From Lytechinus pictus (Eukaryota), in NCBI RefSeq assembly GCF_037042905.1, contig NC_087252.1, positions 17,300,001 through 17,364,000 of the forward strand: a stretch of DNA of 64,000 bases, read 5' to 3'. Positions 47,701 to 57,729 of the stretch are shown in pieces (the first letter of the stretch is position 1; every line of letters starts with the position of its first letter). Position numbers and translations under genes: made by a program. The notes beneath the pieces were generated by a model. It saw only the letters and a list, made by a program, of their open reading frames with translations, was not told the origin of the DNA and made no database searches.

Positions 47701-50138
47701 TTATAGGTGCAGGGCTGCCTTTAGAGGTGAGAGATTAACCTTTGATCCAATATAGATGGGTTACAATTTATAATTTCCTGAAATTAAAAGATAAGGCTTT
47801 CTTGCTCAATGAGTAGAGCAGTGGCTTGAAATCTAGTAACCCTAGTTCAATTCTCATTTAGTGAGCTTCATTTAGTACCCTGTGTTAAAAACAGCATCTA
47901 TCCTCATTTACAGGCCCCCGTCTTACAAATAATTGTGATTGATTCAATCAACCACAACTATGAAAAACAAGCAATGTCAATATCTGAACTGCATGTTTGT
48001 TTTAAATATCTAGATATAATGCATCCATTGTTTTCTTGAAAATTCAGTGTGCTTCTCTTTGTTCACATAGGACATTATATAAACTTCCTGTAGAAGAATT
48101 ATGAAAATGATGGATTTCCATATAGTTGAGGTAAATCAGATCAATCCTAACTCTTTGTAAGACAGGGCCCAGGTCCCTCAGGGATTACCTTTAGTCTTAA
48201 GGCCACTGCTTACTAACAAGCAGCTTTGCCTTCTTTGCAGTCAGGTTAAAGGTAAACTCCAAATAAGCAAAATAAGCGTGGATTCGGTCACTTCCGTCGG
48301 GTCTTTATGCCAGCAATAATAATACACTGTCCCACGTGTGCCTATCTGTGTTGGCGATCTTCAGTGTGATCGTATTTCAGCTTAGATTTTATGATTTCAC
48401 AAAGTTCAGTTTATGTAACTGTACCAGATCTAGATCCATGATGATATAGTCATACTTAACCTTGGTTTTACAGACTTTCTCAAGAAATTAGTGTTTTACT
48501 GCAACTACTGTAATTTAGCTTTAAAAGTCCAAACCAATTGTCCTAAAAACAAAAATTTACTAGATTTGCAAAGTGCAATGTTATAGTAATGATGATAATA
48601 TTTACATTTATAAAGTGTTTCATACTTTTTGTTAATTATCATTACCTCAGTCATAGGATCCATTACTGTTCTGCACATAAAGTGCACCATCTCCTCTCCC
48701 TGGGGAGTATCCTGGCCAGGTGACCGTTTTTACCGGTGCACATATGTCAAGCTATCATATTGACATTCACATCCTCCAGGTTACCCATTTAACACCTGGG
48801 TGGAGAGTTCCTCGCCAAAAGCCGCAATTTCCCCTTATTCTCTTCACAATGGACTGTAAATTATTTCACTAATTTCCAGTCTCATTGATTTTAGTTATCA
48901 GTAATGAATATGTTATTGAAATTTAATATTCTGCTTTGTTAAGGAAATACAAATGAAATGGGTCATAGTGACAATATAAATTTCCCAAAATGGGTGGTAT
49001 TCTAATAATTAAGCCCATAATTAACCCATGACTAAACAATAAATGAAGTTCACACTTCTAAGGAATTCCAGGTTCCATCTTCGTTAATCAAAAGAATAAC
49101 TTTCTAAAGAATCGATCATGGTATACTCATAGTTTCTCTCTTTTTATTTCATTTAGGATAACAATTGTGGACAATGTTTGTTTACAGGATCAAATATTTA
49201 CTTGGTGAATGAGTTGACAACTGGCACTCCATACAATTGTGATCTAAGTTTACCAAGGCTTTATGTAATTGTGCTATGAAATATTATATTACCCTAAATG
49301 ATTTACTGTATTAGTTATAGGGTATATTTGATCTTGTTTGGAATGTTTCTAAATAGATTAAAAAAAAATTATGTATACAATATTACTGTATCCATTCTCT
49401 TTTATAGCAAAATTCATTCTATTTATGTTATTTCTCTTTTGCCTCTTCCCTTGATCTTAACATCTCTATTGCCATTCCCTTTACTACACACTCCTGTGAC
49501 CTTTATACCCAATGGCCTCTGACCATACCCTGTGTCCATACCAAATTATCCCTTACCTCACCCCTTTGACCACACGTTGCAACCACTGAACTCACCTGTA
49601 TGTTCATTCAATCATTTCTGTCTGCTTACCTCTTTATCATACACTTCACTCTCCTGCTGTCACCATTCTTCTGTCAACTTTTCCTCCTGTCATATTTCCC
49701 CTGGCCACCTTCCAACATACCCCCTATGAGCTTTGACCTCACTCAATGCACTTTGCCTTCTCCCTATGACCTTTGACCTCGCCCAACCAGGTGGCTGTAT
49801 TTGTAGGTCCAGTCTCTAGCATTCCCATCCTTCTCTTCTCCGGATTCTTCGTCACTCTGGAGAACATCCCTGGATACCTCCGCTGGATGAGCTACGGTTC
49901 CTTCGTCCGCTACTCCTACGAAGGGGTAATGGTCTCCGTCTACGGTCTCGATAGAGGCCCCATTCCCTGTAAGAGCCAGGACCACTGTATATTCGAGACC
50001 GCCCAGGACATTCTCGATGAGCTGGACATCGGCTCGGACAACCTCAAATTGGACTTTGGCGTTTTGGCCGTCTTTTTCATCGTTCTGCGGGTCATATGTT
50101 ATTGCATTCTGAGGATGAAGGTCAAAAGACTCTTTTAG
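20633..50138 (+). CDS. ABCG1: ABCG1/ABCG4-like (white-family) ABC half-transporter, spliced: join(20633..20777,27498..27615,28746..28935,31203..31348,34507..34630,35818..35932,39817..40037,42322..42429,43036..43204,45101..45201,47571..47726,49791..50138); 646 aa from this ATG
   Basis: Hand-spliced exons all GT-AG with matching phases, total 1941 nt. NBD-then-TMD order with Walker [10 protein letters not shown]-loop YIMQD, signature ISGGQ, Walker B/D-loop MFFDEPTSGLD, H-switch [29 protein letters not shown] and LLFSGFFV, matching the ABCG1/G4 subgroup. ABCG1 vs ABCG4 cannot be separated here. Confidence 0.93.
20843..21114. mobile_element. MITE with imperfect TIRs (PIF/Harbinger-like, tentative)
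   Basis: AGGCCTGGTTCCACTG vs CAGTTATACCAAGCCT; internal ACGGA/TCCGT repeats; CpG-richer than the flanks. Confidence 0.45.
22230..22650. mobile_element. MITE inserted in a (GA)n tract
   Basis: CCGTTCTCATTA / TAGTAAGAACGG inverted ends, internal GAAGATCGCTT repeats; related copies at 1497-1611 and ~25130-25520. Confidence 0.7.
23259..25022. mobile_element. Small MITE split by a ~1.5-kb element (23454-24974) that itself contains a SINE
   Basis: 23259-23453 plus 24975-25022 reconstitute a copy of the intact MITE at ~47911-48171; the inner element has repeated TATGGGAC/GTCCCATA motifs. Confidence 0.7.
24328..24597 (+). mobile_element. tRNA-derived SINE, near full length
   Basis: A-box-like TGGCCCAGTG, B box GGTTCGAATCCC, core GGTAAATGGGTACCGG, L2-like tail GCGCAATATAAAT...TATTAT. 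Confidence 0.88.
26530..26970. repeat. CT/GT-rich low-complexity tract
   Basis: Degenerate (CT)n/(CTGT)n directly visible. Confidence 0.85.
27498..27615 (+). CDS. ABCG1: ABCG exon B (Walker A)
   Basis: cattag| ... |gtaaga; (E)[38 protein letters not shown](K). Confidence 0.95.
28223..28643. repeat. 71-bp tandem repeat, 6 copies
   Basis: Unit TTCAACGCACATCTGTTAAT(T/A)TAAGTGTGACTCAA(G/A)TTCACACTTTAATTTTGTGAAACACCCTCCTTTCA starting at 28223, 28294, 28365, 28436, 28507, 28578. Confidence 0.97.
28746..28935 (+). CDS. ABCG1: ABCG exon C (Q-loop)
   Basis: tgacag| ... |gtaagg; [43 protein letters not shown]...KKVA. Confidence 0.95.
29430..29618 (-). mobile_element. tRNA-derived SINE, second family
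   Basis: Reverse complement CCGGTGTGTTGGCTCAGTTGGTAGTGCG...GGGGGTTCAAACCCC (A and B boxes) followed by a body unlike the 24328 family. Confidence 0.8.
31203..31348 (+). CDS. ABCG1: ABCG exon D (signature, Walker B)
   Basis: ttgtag| ... |gtaatt; [48 protein letters not shown](S). Confidence 0.95.
31381..31552 (-). mobile_element. Short element with 7SL/Alu-domain-like head (candidate 7SL-derived SINE or 7SL fragment)
   Basis: Minus strand GGCATTGTGGCGTGCGCCGGTAATCCAAGCTATGTGGGGAAG resembles the 7SL 5' end; ends in GAATAAACTCAA. Confidence 0.55.
32452..32912. mobile_element. Degenerate Kolobok-like MITE
   Basis: TTAA|AGGGGAATCTCACCCT ... AGGGTGAACTTCCCCT imperfect TIRs; similar remnants end at ~5760, ~21665 and ~26035. 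Confidence 0.55.
33539..34335 (+). mobile_element. 5'-truncated L2/CR1-clade LINE (RT C-terminal region, 3' UTR and (TAT)n tail)
   Basis: ORF 33581-34156 preceded by DLGVI, with [49 protein letters not shown] and WNSLP motifs. Confidence 0.93.
34507..34630 (+). CDS. ABCG1: ABCG exon E (D-loop, H-switch)
   Basis: ttgtag| ... |gtatgt; [41 protein letters not shown]. Confidence 0.95.
34863..35035. repeat. Diverged ~72-bp tandem repeat, ~2.5 copies
   Basis: TTGACT(G/A)C(C/T)GAGTT...GATTCC recurs at 34863, 34939 and 35010. Confidence 0.7.
35818..35932 (+). CDS. ABCG1: ABCG exon F (NPADF motif)
   Basis: ttctag| ... |gtaaga; [38 protein letters not shown]. Confidence 0.95.
35971..36400. mobile_element. 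430-bp MITE, 14-bp TIRs, 6-bp TSD
   Basis: CAGACCTGCCAACC / GGTTGGCAGGTCTG; TTGTCG at 35965-35970 and 36401-36406. Confidence 0.92.
36401..39615 (+). repeat. Diverged ~160-bp minisatellite, ~19-20 copies, homologous to the exon F/intron junction
   Basis: Recurring ttggctatgtatgcccaccatatcataacccagctgattttggtaagatgatgttagtgggtgtgggagtggg. Confidence 0.92.
39817..40037 (+). CDS. ABCG1: ABCG exon G (NBD-TMD linker)
   Basis: tcacag| ... |gtaggt; (V)[19 protein letters not shown]...ISTKITT. The donor was chosen for phase 0 with the next exon and is less certain than the acceptor. Confidence 0.85.
41001..42186. mobile_element. 1186-bp non-autonomous DNA transposon, ~56-bp TIRs, 8-bp TSD (P- or hAT-like)
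   Basis: CAACGAACGTAGAGGGCAGCAACACACAAG... and its reverse complement; ATTCACAC at 40993-41000 and 42187-42194. Confidence 0.92.
42322..42429 (+). CDS. ABCG1: ABCG exon H (connecting helix)
   Basis: atgcag| ... |gtaagt; [36 protein letters not shown]. Confidence 0.9.
42438..42980. repeat. Degenerate (GAT)n tract filling the intron between exons H and I
   Basis: Directly visible. Confidence 0.95.
43036..43204 (+). CDS. ABCG1: ABCG exon I (TM1-TM2)
   Basis: ttccag| ... |gtaagt; [56 protein letters not shown]. Confidence 0.95.
44520..44970. repeat. Array of short partly palindromic repeats (TTTCCAGTT / AACTGG)
   Basis: Units such as atttccagttacccaactggttccagttagaagtc recur throughout; probably the interior of a MITE. 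Confidence 0.8.
45101..45201 (+). CDS. ABCG1: ABCG exon J
   Basis: ttccag| ... |gtaagg; (F)[33 protein letters not shown]. Confidence 0.95.
45535..46104 (+). mobile_element. 5'-truncated L2/CR1-group LINE 3' end
   Basis: ORF 45567-45827 with [16 protein letters not shown] and FKTKLK; tail GAATAAATGAATTGAATTGA. Confidence 0.85.
46642..47178 (-). mobile_element. Internally deleted piggyBac-like element
   Basis: CCACTTGACT / AGTCAAGTGG TIRs, right flank TTAA, left flank ATAA; minus-strand acidic ORF start MATRNGEV...SEGEDD...SDEESD. Confidence 0.65.
47239..47465. mobile_element. Tc1/mariner-type MITE
   Basis: TA|CAGTGTTGATCAAAAGTTAGTGA ... TCACTAACTTTTGAGCACAACTG|TA. Confidence 0.8.
47571..47726 (+). 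CDS. ABCG1: ABCG exon K (TM3-TM4)
   Basis: ctctag| ... |gtgaga; [52 protein letters not shown]. Confidence 0.95.
47911..48171. mobile_element. Small MITE (PIF/Harbinger-like, tentative)
   Basis: GGCCCCCGTCTTACAAA / TTTGTAAGACAGGGCC inverted ends; second copy split at 23259-25022. Confidence 0.7.
49791..50138 (+). CDS. ABCG1: ABCG last coding exon L (TM5-TM6, stop TAG)
   Basis: aaccag|[24 protein letters not shown]...SFVRYSYEG...[17 protein letters not shown]. Confidence 0.95.
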   Translation: MAVFVGPVSSIPILLFSGFFVTLENIPGYLRWMSYGSFVRYSYEGVMVSVYGLDRGPIPCKSQDHCIFETAQDILDELDIGSDNLKLDFGVLAVFFIVLRVICYCILRMKVKRLF

Positions 50139-53100
50139 ACAAGCAATCGTCCATAATGTATATTCCAAGTTTGTTTCCAAAATGATTTTAAATCATCAAG
50201 ATACTCCTTGTATGGGTATATCTTGTATTGTCCATGCACTTGAAGTATCTATGTCAATGCCAGTGAGAGGAACATCTGTATTTAGTATTTTATTTGTTAA
50301 TCTGCTTTTTTCTCTCTTTTACCAATATCGGTTCACTACACAAGATTTTGTGTTTTTCACAAGACTGCACCTGTGCAGTGAATGACCGGAGAAGAAGAAG
50401 ACCAAAATGTACTTCATTAAGGCGTATTTCTTCACAAGAACCTAAACCTTAACCCTTTGCAGATACTTTCATGCTGTTTATGATAGTTACATGTCATTGA
50501 TGCTAGTAGTCAATTCTTCTAATTTTCAATATGTACATGTATAAGCATTCAAGCAAATGTATTTCTCAGACCTTTAAAAAATGTGACAGTTTTTGCTGCC
50601 CTGTAATTTTGCACTCTATGCAAAAATGTAGATATACATCCATGCAACACATGTTTGTCACAATTCACCCATTACCACTCAACATCTTTTTTTTTTTTAG
50701 ATATCTTCAGTTCAGTTTGATGATGTTTAATTGTTTATATCTTTTTGTGGAGATAAATTACCAGGCTACATCCTGCTATTAAAACAATATGTGCTGGCTT
50801 TGCTAACTTCATCAAACCTTATTTGATGTTTATGAGAGAATGTCTGATCTTTACAGTTCTTTCTACACTGCTTTAAGTATTATGTTGTAGTTGAAGAAGT
50901 AGTAAGTTTGAAACATATATGACCAAAAAGCTGAAATCTGATTACCTCTAATACGTTATGTAAACCTGTGAGAATTTCAGGTTCAGGAGTTCATGTCTAT
51001 TTTTAAAGTCACTTCATGTTTTTATTTCATTGGTATGATTTTAAATTGTATGATCATCTTGTCATTTGATAATTATTTATAATAGAACGTTCGGTTGAGC
51101 ATGGGGAAACTTAAGTCCCACTCCCCCTTTGAATAAATATTTCAAAGTTTGTACAGCAGCCCATGTGATATGGAGTTGTCTCCTCCCCCGCCCGGAATTA
51201 TTCCTATTGAGCCAAACAAAACATACACACAATTGCCCCCTCCCTCTAAGACGGTCGCATATTATAAATGAGAGAAAAAAAATATCTAGAATGCATTCTG
51301 CTATTCCTTTAAATGTTCTTTCAACATAGTATAGCCCTATCTTACATGTATAAAAGTCCCAGTTGCATTTGATAAAATCTACATGCTAAAATATTAAAGC
51401 ATAGGGCGCAGAGCATGGAATTTCAATACAGTTCAAATTATCACCATTTTACACCTTTCCCCATTCAAATATATTGCCCTTAAAAGAACCATATTGCCCT
51501 CATCTTAGACTCGGGCCAATATGATTCTATTGGAGTCAATATATATGATGTTTCCCTCAAGACCAGTCAATATTTTATTCGTGTAAATATCCCCTGGCTG
51601 AATCTACATCTATTTCCTTGTAATATCACGTTTTTATATTGACAACACCTGAGGCAACTCTCCATTTGTTGGTGTTTATATCATGTTATATTGACTGCTA
51701 GCACATGCAATATTTTTTGTATACACATGCTTTTGTAATATGTTCACTGTGCAATATGAATTAGTTTGTGATAAATATTGAAGGATATTTTTTTTATGTT
51801 GGTACTAGTTTGAACAAACTTTAATATAACATGTATCAATTTTTTGATTGACATCACTTTGGTAACAGGCTATTTGCAAAAACACCTTTTTGCAAATTTA
51901 CAACTCCCACGGGCTGTAAGGAGAGAGTGCATTGTTTCTAATGGATATTGATTAGAATAAACTCTGGAATTGTCACATAGATCAATATTGTATGTTGACA
52001 TCACATTTGGTTTTTACAGGATATTTGTAATAAACCTTTTCTTAATTTAAACATATTCTGTATAAAATATCAAGAGAATTATATTTCTTTTGATACGAGC
52101 AAACTCTAATACTGTTATACTTGTCAACAAATGTTTATTGACGACACATGTGGCTGCATGCTATTTTCAATAATCCCTTTGTAAATTATCAAGTCCTGTG
52201 TAAAATAAAATATAGTATGTAGAGAATAATTTGTTTCTATTCATACTAGTAAAACTCAATCTCCAATATTGAAATACAAGTAAGTTTTTTTAATATTGAC
52301 ACCACCCTGCTTTCCGGCTATTTGCTGTCACAAACCCTTTGAAAAGTTACAACTCTATTATGCTACAATATTGCTGTTTTATATGTAAAGATAGAGTATC
52401 AATATTCAGTGAGTTAACTTAAATAAAGTTATTGATAAGTTCAAGATTGATATTGCTCTGTGTCAAATGGCACAAAAACAATATTCAAAAATATTTCTTG
52501 GAGAGCAGGACTCTCTGTGATTAAAAGATTCCATTTACAACTTTCTCTAGTATTGTCAGAATACCTTATGTTAGTGCATTGCTAGATCATGTGATTACAG
52601 ATGGGTTTTTTTTTGCATGTGTTTGTTTTGCATCTTTCGAGGCTTAGATGTGTGGAAAAAAGTGTAATATCGTAAGATTGCAGCTTATATATTTGATTAG
52701 AGTGTGCTAGTGCAAAAAGTAAAATGTCATTCCAAATACACTTACTCGTAGCCATTCCTCAGAAACTATAAATTCCCACATCTCCTTTTGTCATAATAAG
52801 ATATGTAGTGGCTCGGTGGTAGAGTGTCATCCTCATGAATAGGGAGGTCATGGGTCTGATCCCCCAGTCAAGTCATATCATAGACTTGATTATTGTTTTG
52901 GTATGTTTGTGTTTTGCAAACATAGTAACGAGACATTTATTCAAACGACAACAATACTTAGAATCCACTTTACGTACCTTACTTGATGCTGTTTCAGGCA
53001 AACTCCTGCCAACTTTGGGGTCATCAAAAACAACTTTTCTTCATAAAGTGGGCATGTTAGTAAACTACTTTGTTGAAGTTTTTTCTTACTGTACTTTAAG

Positions 53101-54051
53101 ATGTGATTTGAGGTGTTAAGTGTTCATTTACTTGTGCTGATGACAATTGCTTTTGGTGTTTAGTAATATTCCATGCATCTCACAATACATGCATCTAATC
53201 CCTCCTTTGCATTTATCCTGAGCGTATGAGTTCAAATCATACTATGTTTGTAAGTTTGAAAACTGTAGGCCGTGATCTAAACTCTGGTGTAATTTAAACT
53301 CTGGTGCATAGTCGTGGTTAAACTATGGATAGCCAATTGTGACACATCTCTCGCAAGTACAGGTACTATTTATTATCCCATCGGTCACTCAGATTATTCA
53401 TAATTAACTGGGAACAATGAATAAATTAATTTGTTTCAATATGAGAGCATGATGAAACAGCAAAGTGTACATAGAAAAATATGTAACCAGCCACTCGAAA
53501 ACCAACAGTAAGTCACCCAAAATGAACTTTCAGATTTATATTGACTTTGAAAATACACATCCTAAGCTTGAAATTATATATAAATAATGAAATATAATAT
53601 ATATATATATAATATGACTATATAATATAAAATAATAGCAGGGCCCGCTGAAAGAACAGTTTTCGGAACTGAAGTGGCTACCCTAGGTAAATATGCCATT
53701 ATTTTTATTTTTATATAACATGTCGAAATTTGTCAACAATAAGGCTTGATTGAATGGAGAAGAAACTAAGCAAGAGCTTGAAAAAATAAGGAGAAAACAA
53801 TTTTTTTTTAGTTCTGGGTTCACTCAAGATATGTGCAAACTGCAATCTTAGTGACATTTCCAAGTAGTCAAAATCTTGTATCAAAGAAGCTCTTGAATCT
53901 TATTTCCTATTAATCTTTACAACTTCAAATTTTGACAGCATGAAGAAGAATAATTCTTCTTCCAGATAGCTTAAAAAAAAATCTTTTTGAAGACCAAATT
54001 GCTATTTTGGCTATTTACAGAGAACCTTCAGGCTTCAGAATACGAGCCTAT

Positions 54052-54348
54052 GGCTCATATTCTGAAGTCAGGTTTAATTTAGACCACGGTCTAACTCTGC
54101 TAAAATTATGGGGAGTCAAAAATTATGTTTATATTGTATATTTCTTATGTTTACTATTTTGTTTCATTTTGCTCTCATAATGAAGAAATCTTTTTCAAAA
54201 TACTTCCGTTATCATTCTCAGACAATTTTGGTGTCATATGAGTTGATAAAATTGGATGTGTACCGTTTGTGCCCCATTGGCTATCCATAGTTTAACCACA
54301 ACTTTAAACTAGGGTTTAATTTAAACCCAAGATCAGAATACGGGACCA
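54052..54348. mobile_element. MITE, same family as 61843-62151
   Basis: TATTCTGAAGTC.GGTTTAA ... TTAAAC...TCAGAATACGGG ends; interior homologous in opposite orientation. Confidence 0.75.
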
Positions 54349-57300
54349 GAAGTCTTGGCTACTACTAGTATTATCAGCCCGGTTGCACCATTTTAACTGT
54401 GTACATAGTTGTCTACTATTAAAACAGACATTTCAAGAGGCTGAGATCCGTTTGCCGAATCTTTTACTATTTTGTTGAAAAATATTGAATTGCTTTGAAT
54501 GTAATGCTTGCCAGCTTCAGTAAAAACCCAGGTGCTTTTATTTGGTTAACAGGGAACAAAGAGATCCTTGAAATATATCATTTATGATTATTTATGGTAA
54601 GCTTTTTGTAAGCTTGTATACTTTATGACAGTAATATAATTTGTTGTTATTGATGTGAGTTTTGATAAAATTCTCATATCATTGTCAACATGTAAAATTA
54701 AGACTATTTATTTTGAGAAATGTGATAAACGATTATAGTTCTTTTTCTTGAGGAATTGCTCAACTTGTCTGTTTTAGCTCTATTATTCTTAATTTACAAC
54801 ATATTATGTGTGCCATAGGACTTTGTTTACATAGTTAATATCATGTGTGTAAGATTGAATAAATATGTCAGAAGTTCAAATTGAGAATAACAAAAAATTG
54901 TGTTTACCAAATAACTGAATAATTTTTATAGAAATTTTACTCTGCATATCTAAATACTTGTCATATGCATAATGCATTGTTGAATGATTGTAATATGTAT
55001 TCCTAATGCTTTTATTTTTTACCCTGTGAAAATCTGAATAATTGAATTATCAAATTCATAGTGTTTCTAATAACTGTGTCCCATTTCATTAAGACTTGTT
55101 ATAATAACAAATTATAAGAAATTTACTATTAGCCAATCAAATTGAAGGATCTTAGTAGCTTTAAAACTGTTATTGAAAATTTGTTATTATTACAAGTTTA
55201 TGAAACGGGGCCCTGGTCTGTAAAGAATATGATCTACCTCATGTATTTCAAGATGGATTTTTTTTTTTTTTTCTAGAAAAGCTTTGTAAATAATTCTGTG
55301 CATGCTCTGATTTGTGGAATTGCATCATGTACTTTAAATCTCACTACAAATGTGATGCGCAATGAACACATCAAGTGCAGAAAGTCTACATTGTACAACG
55401 TTAGATTCAGTCATTCCATTGTCGGGCGTCAGTTTTCGTGGGGGAATTGCCCACAAGTGTTTTACCCGGCAAAAAGCAGGTCTAGTGCTTCATCTAGAGT
55501 GGAATCAGGTTTTACAATACAACCAATGAATATTTGGTAATGCACTGCTCTTTTATGTTTAAACTCACCTGTACCTTACTACGTAAACTTCTTGTCTTAC
55601 CATCCCTGGTCCGAAATTGCCTTTATCAGGCAGAGGAATAGCTTTGATTCTATTTGATCGGACAGCATATTTTGGTGAGTCCTGTTGATTAGGTCTGATA
55701 CGATGGTGTCCATTGCTTTTCAAAGAGTCTGGTATCATCAAAGCTGAAGACAGACTCAATGTAAGCATGGCGCCATTTTGTTTGCGCTCTCAATGTAGCT
55801 TAGAAAAAAAAATTAGGTATGAATTCTCAAGATTGTGATTTTGTCGAAGTTTTTTTCATGGACTTAGTGCTGCAGAGGCCCAAGCCTGGTTTCACAAATT
55901 AGTGACCAGTGCCAAGCTAATGTTACAAGCTACTGAATGGTATTTGATAGGTTGAGAACAAATTTATGATGGAAGTAGAATCTATGTCGAGTTTTATGAA
56001 ACTATAATCAATGCCCATTAACAAGTTACAGAAATAACATTTGATCGGATGAGAACAAAGTTTGTCGTAGAAATTTAGTCGTCAATCACAAGTTTCATGA
56101 AATGAGGACCCATGTATTGGGTGAGGAACAATAGAGGAGCTTCATTCATTGTAGAGGCCTTGGTTGAGCGATATTGAAATATGAAATTTCGGATATAGCC
56201 AGTCGAAGTTCATGCTGACTGGTACAGTAACACCTGAACAAAATTGACTTCAAACCAAGAAAATATTGTAAAAGATTTGGTCGTACTGGAGTCTGTTTCG
56301 CTTGACAGTGTTGTTAGAATTGCAAAACTGTTTGCGCTGATTGGCCGTCATTTTGTACAAACGTGAGTGCATCATATGACAATTATTCATTCTGTAAGTA
56401 GTTCATTCTGTTTTGCACCTTAGTCTTCACTGTGTATCTGAATATTGTGTATTTGAATTTTATGCAAATTTAACAAGAAATGTACAAATTCCGTCAGATC
56501 AGATTCAGCACAGAGTGCACTATTTTGTAAAGTTATGAATTTTATGTGAAATCCTTTATTGCAAATACAATCTCACTGTCCATGTGCATGTATATTTATT
56601 GAGCTATTTTTATATTCATCACATTCTTGCAGTAGTGCTGAAAATAATTGTGAATTTTAAAGTTCGATGTCATGCAGCAATTGTTATGTTCTGTTTTTTT
56701 TTACAATGAATTGACGGTTGAAGTTGAACCAAATGCTATAAAAGAAATTAACTTTACAATCAGGTTGTACTATTTATTTATAAAATAACGCATTTGATGT
56801 TTTTCATTCATAAAAAATATGTAAATGAACAAAATTAATTATATTCAGTTTATTTCTATATTCCTCCTGCTTTGCAATCGTAGACCTGGGGAGCGTAACA
56901 CAAAGATTAGCGATCAATCGCTAAATGAACTGACCAATCAAGATCATTGTTACACGCGCATTTGGCTCAAAATACTGACCAGTAACCAATCAGAAGCATT
57001 CTTTCACGTTTGCTATTCATCGCAAAGCGTTGTGTTACGGTGCCCTGTTCATGATTTGCTGTATTTTTTCCCCAAATTAACAAACAAGCCATCTTCTTGA
57101 CTTTCAAGAAACAATAGGCCTAGGGTGGCTCTGTTGTAAAGAGCTAGTACCCAGATACGAAGTCATAATGTGCTGTTGTACTCTGTGCAAGAAAATAATA
57201 CATCTAATGCTATGTTGAGGGTACAGATTTCATAAATATATATCAAAAGCTATCTAGGAAAACTAATACATTATTGGTAAAGAATTAACCACAACGTTTG

Positions 57301-57729
57301 TGTGCAAACATCAATTATGATGGAGGTATGATTGATTGATGAAAAACAAGATTCACATAATGACCAAATATAGGCAATTTTTTTTTATCCAAATGTTTAA
57401 TCATTCATGACTTACACTAACTTTAAATGTAATAAATTTATCATCTAAGATCCACGTTTTCCTATATGGAGATGTTTGAATATTCACTGATGATCCTTTC
57501 ATTAAAACCAACTGAATATTGATATTATTCTACAGTACAGTTGACATATAGAAGTTAATGAATTATGTTACCATGCCAACTTGGGTCACTTGAAGTGGAT
57601 AAGTCATGTTTATCCATTGTTTTGTTCTTTATAATCTTTCCCTTTAGTATAGTATTGATGACCAAAGTAAACCAAAGAACAATTTTGTCAGAAGATGTTG
57701 CGTTGTTATTATGTGAATGTTAAATATCT

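Noticed and set aside
49764..50180. 138-aa antisense ORF over the last ABCG exon
   Set aside because: Shadow ORF of a coding exon; no independent motif or splice support.
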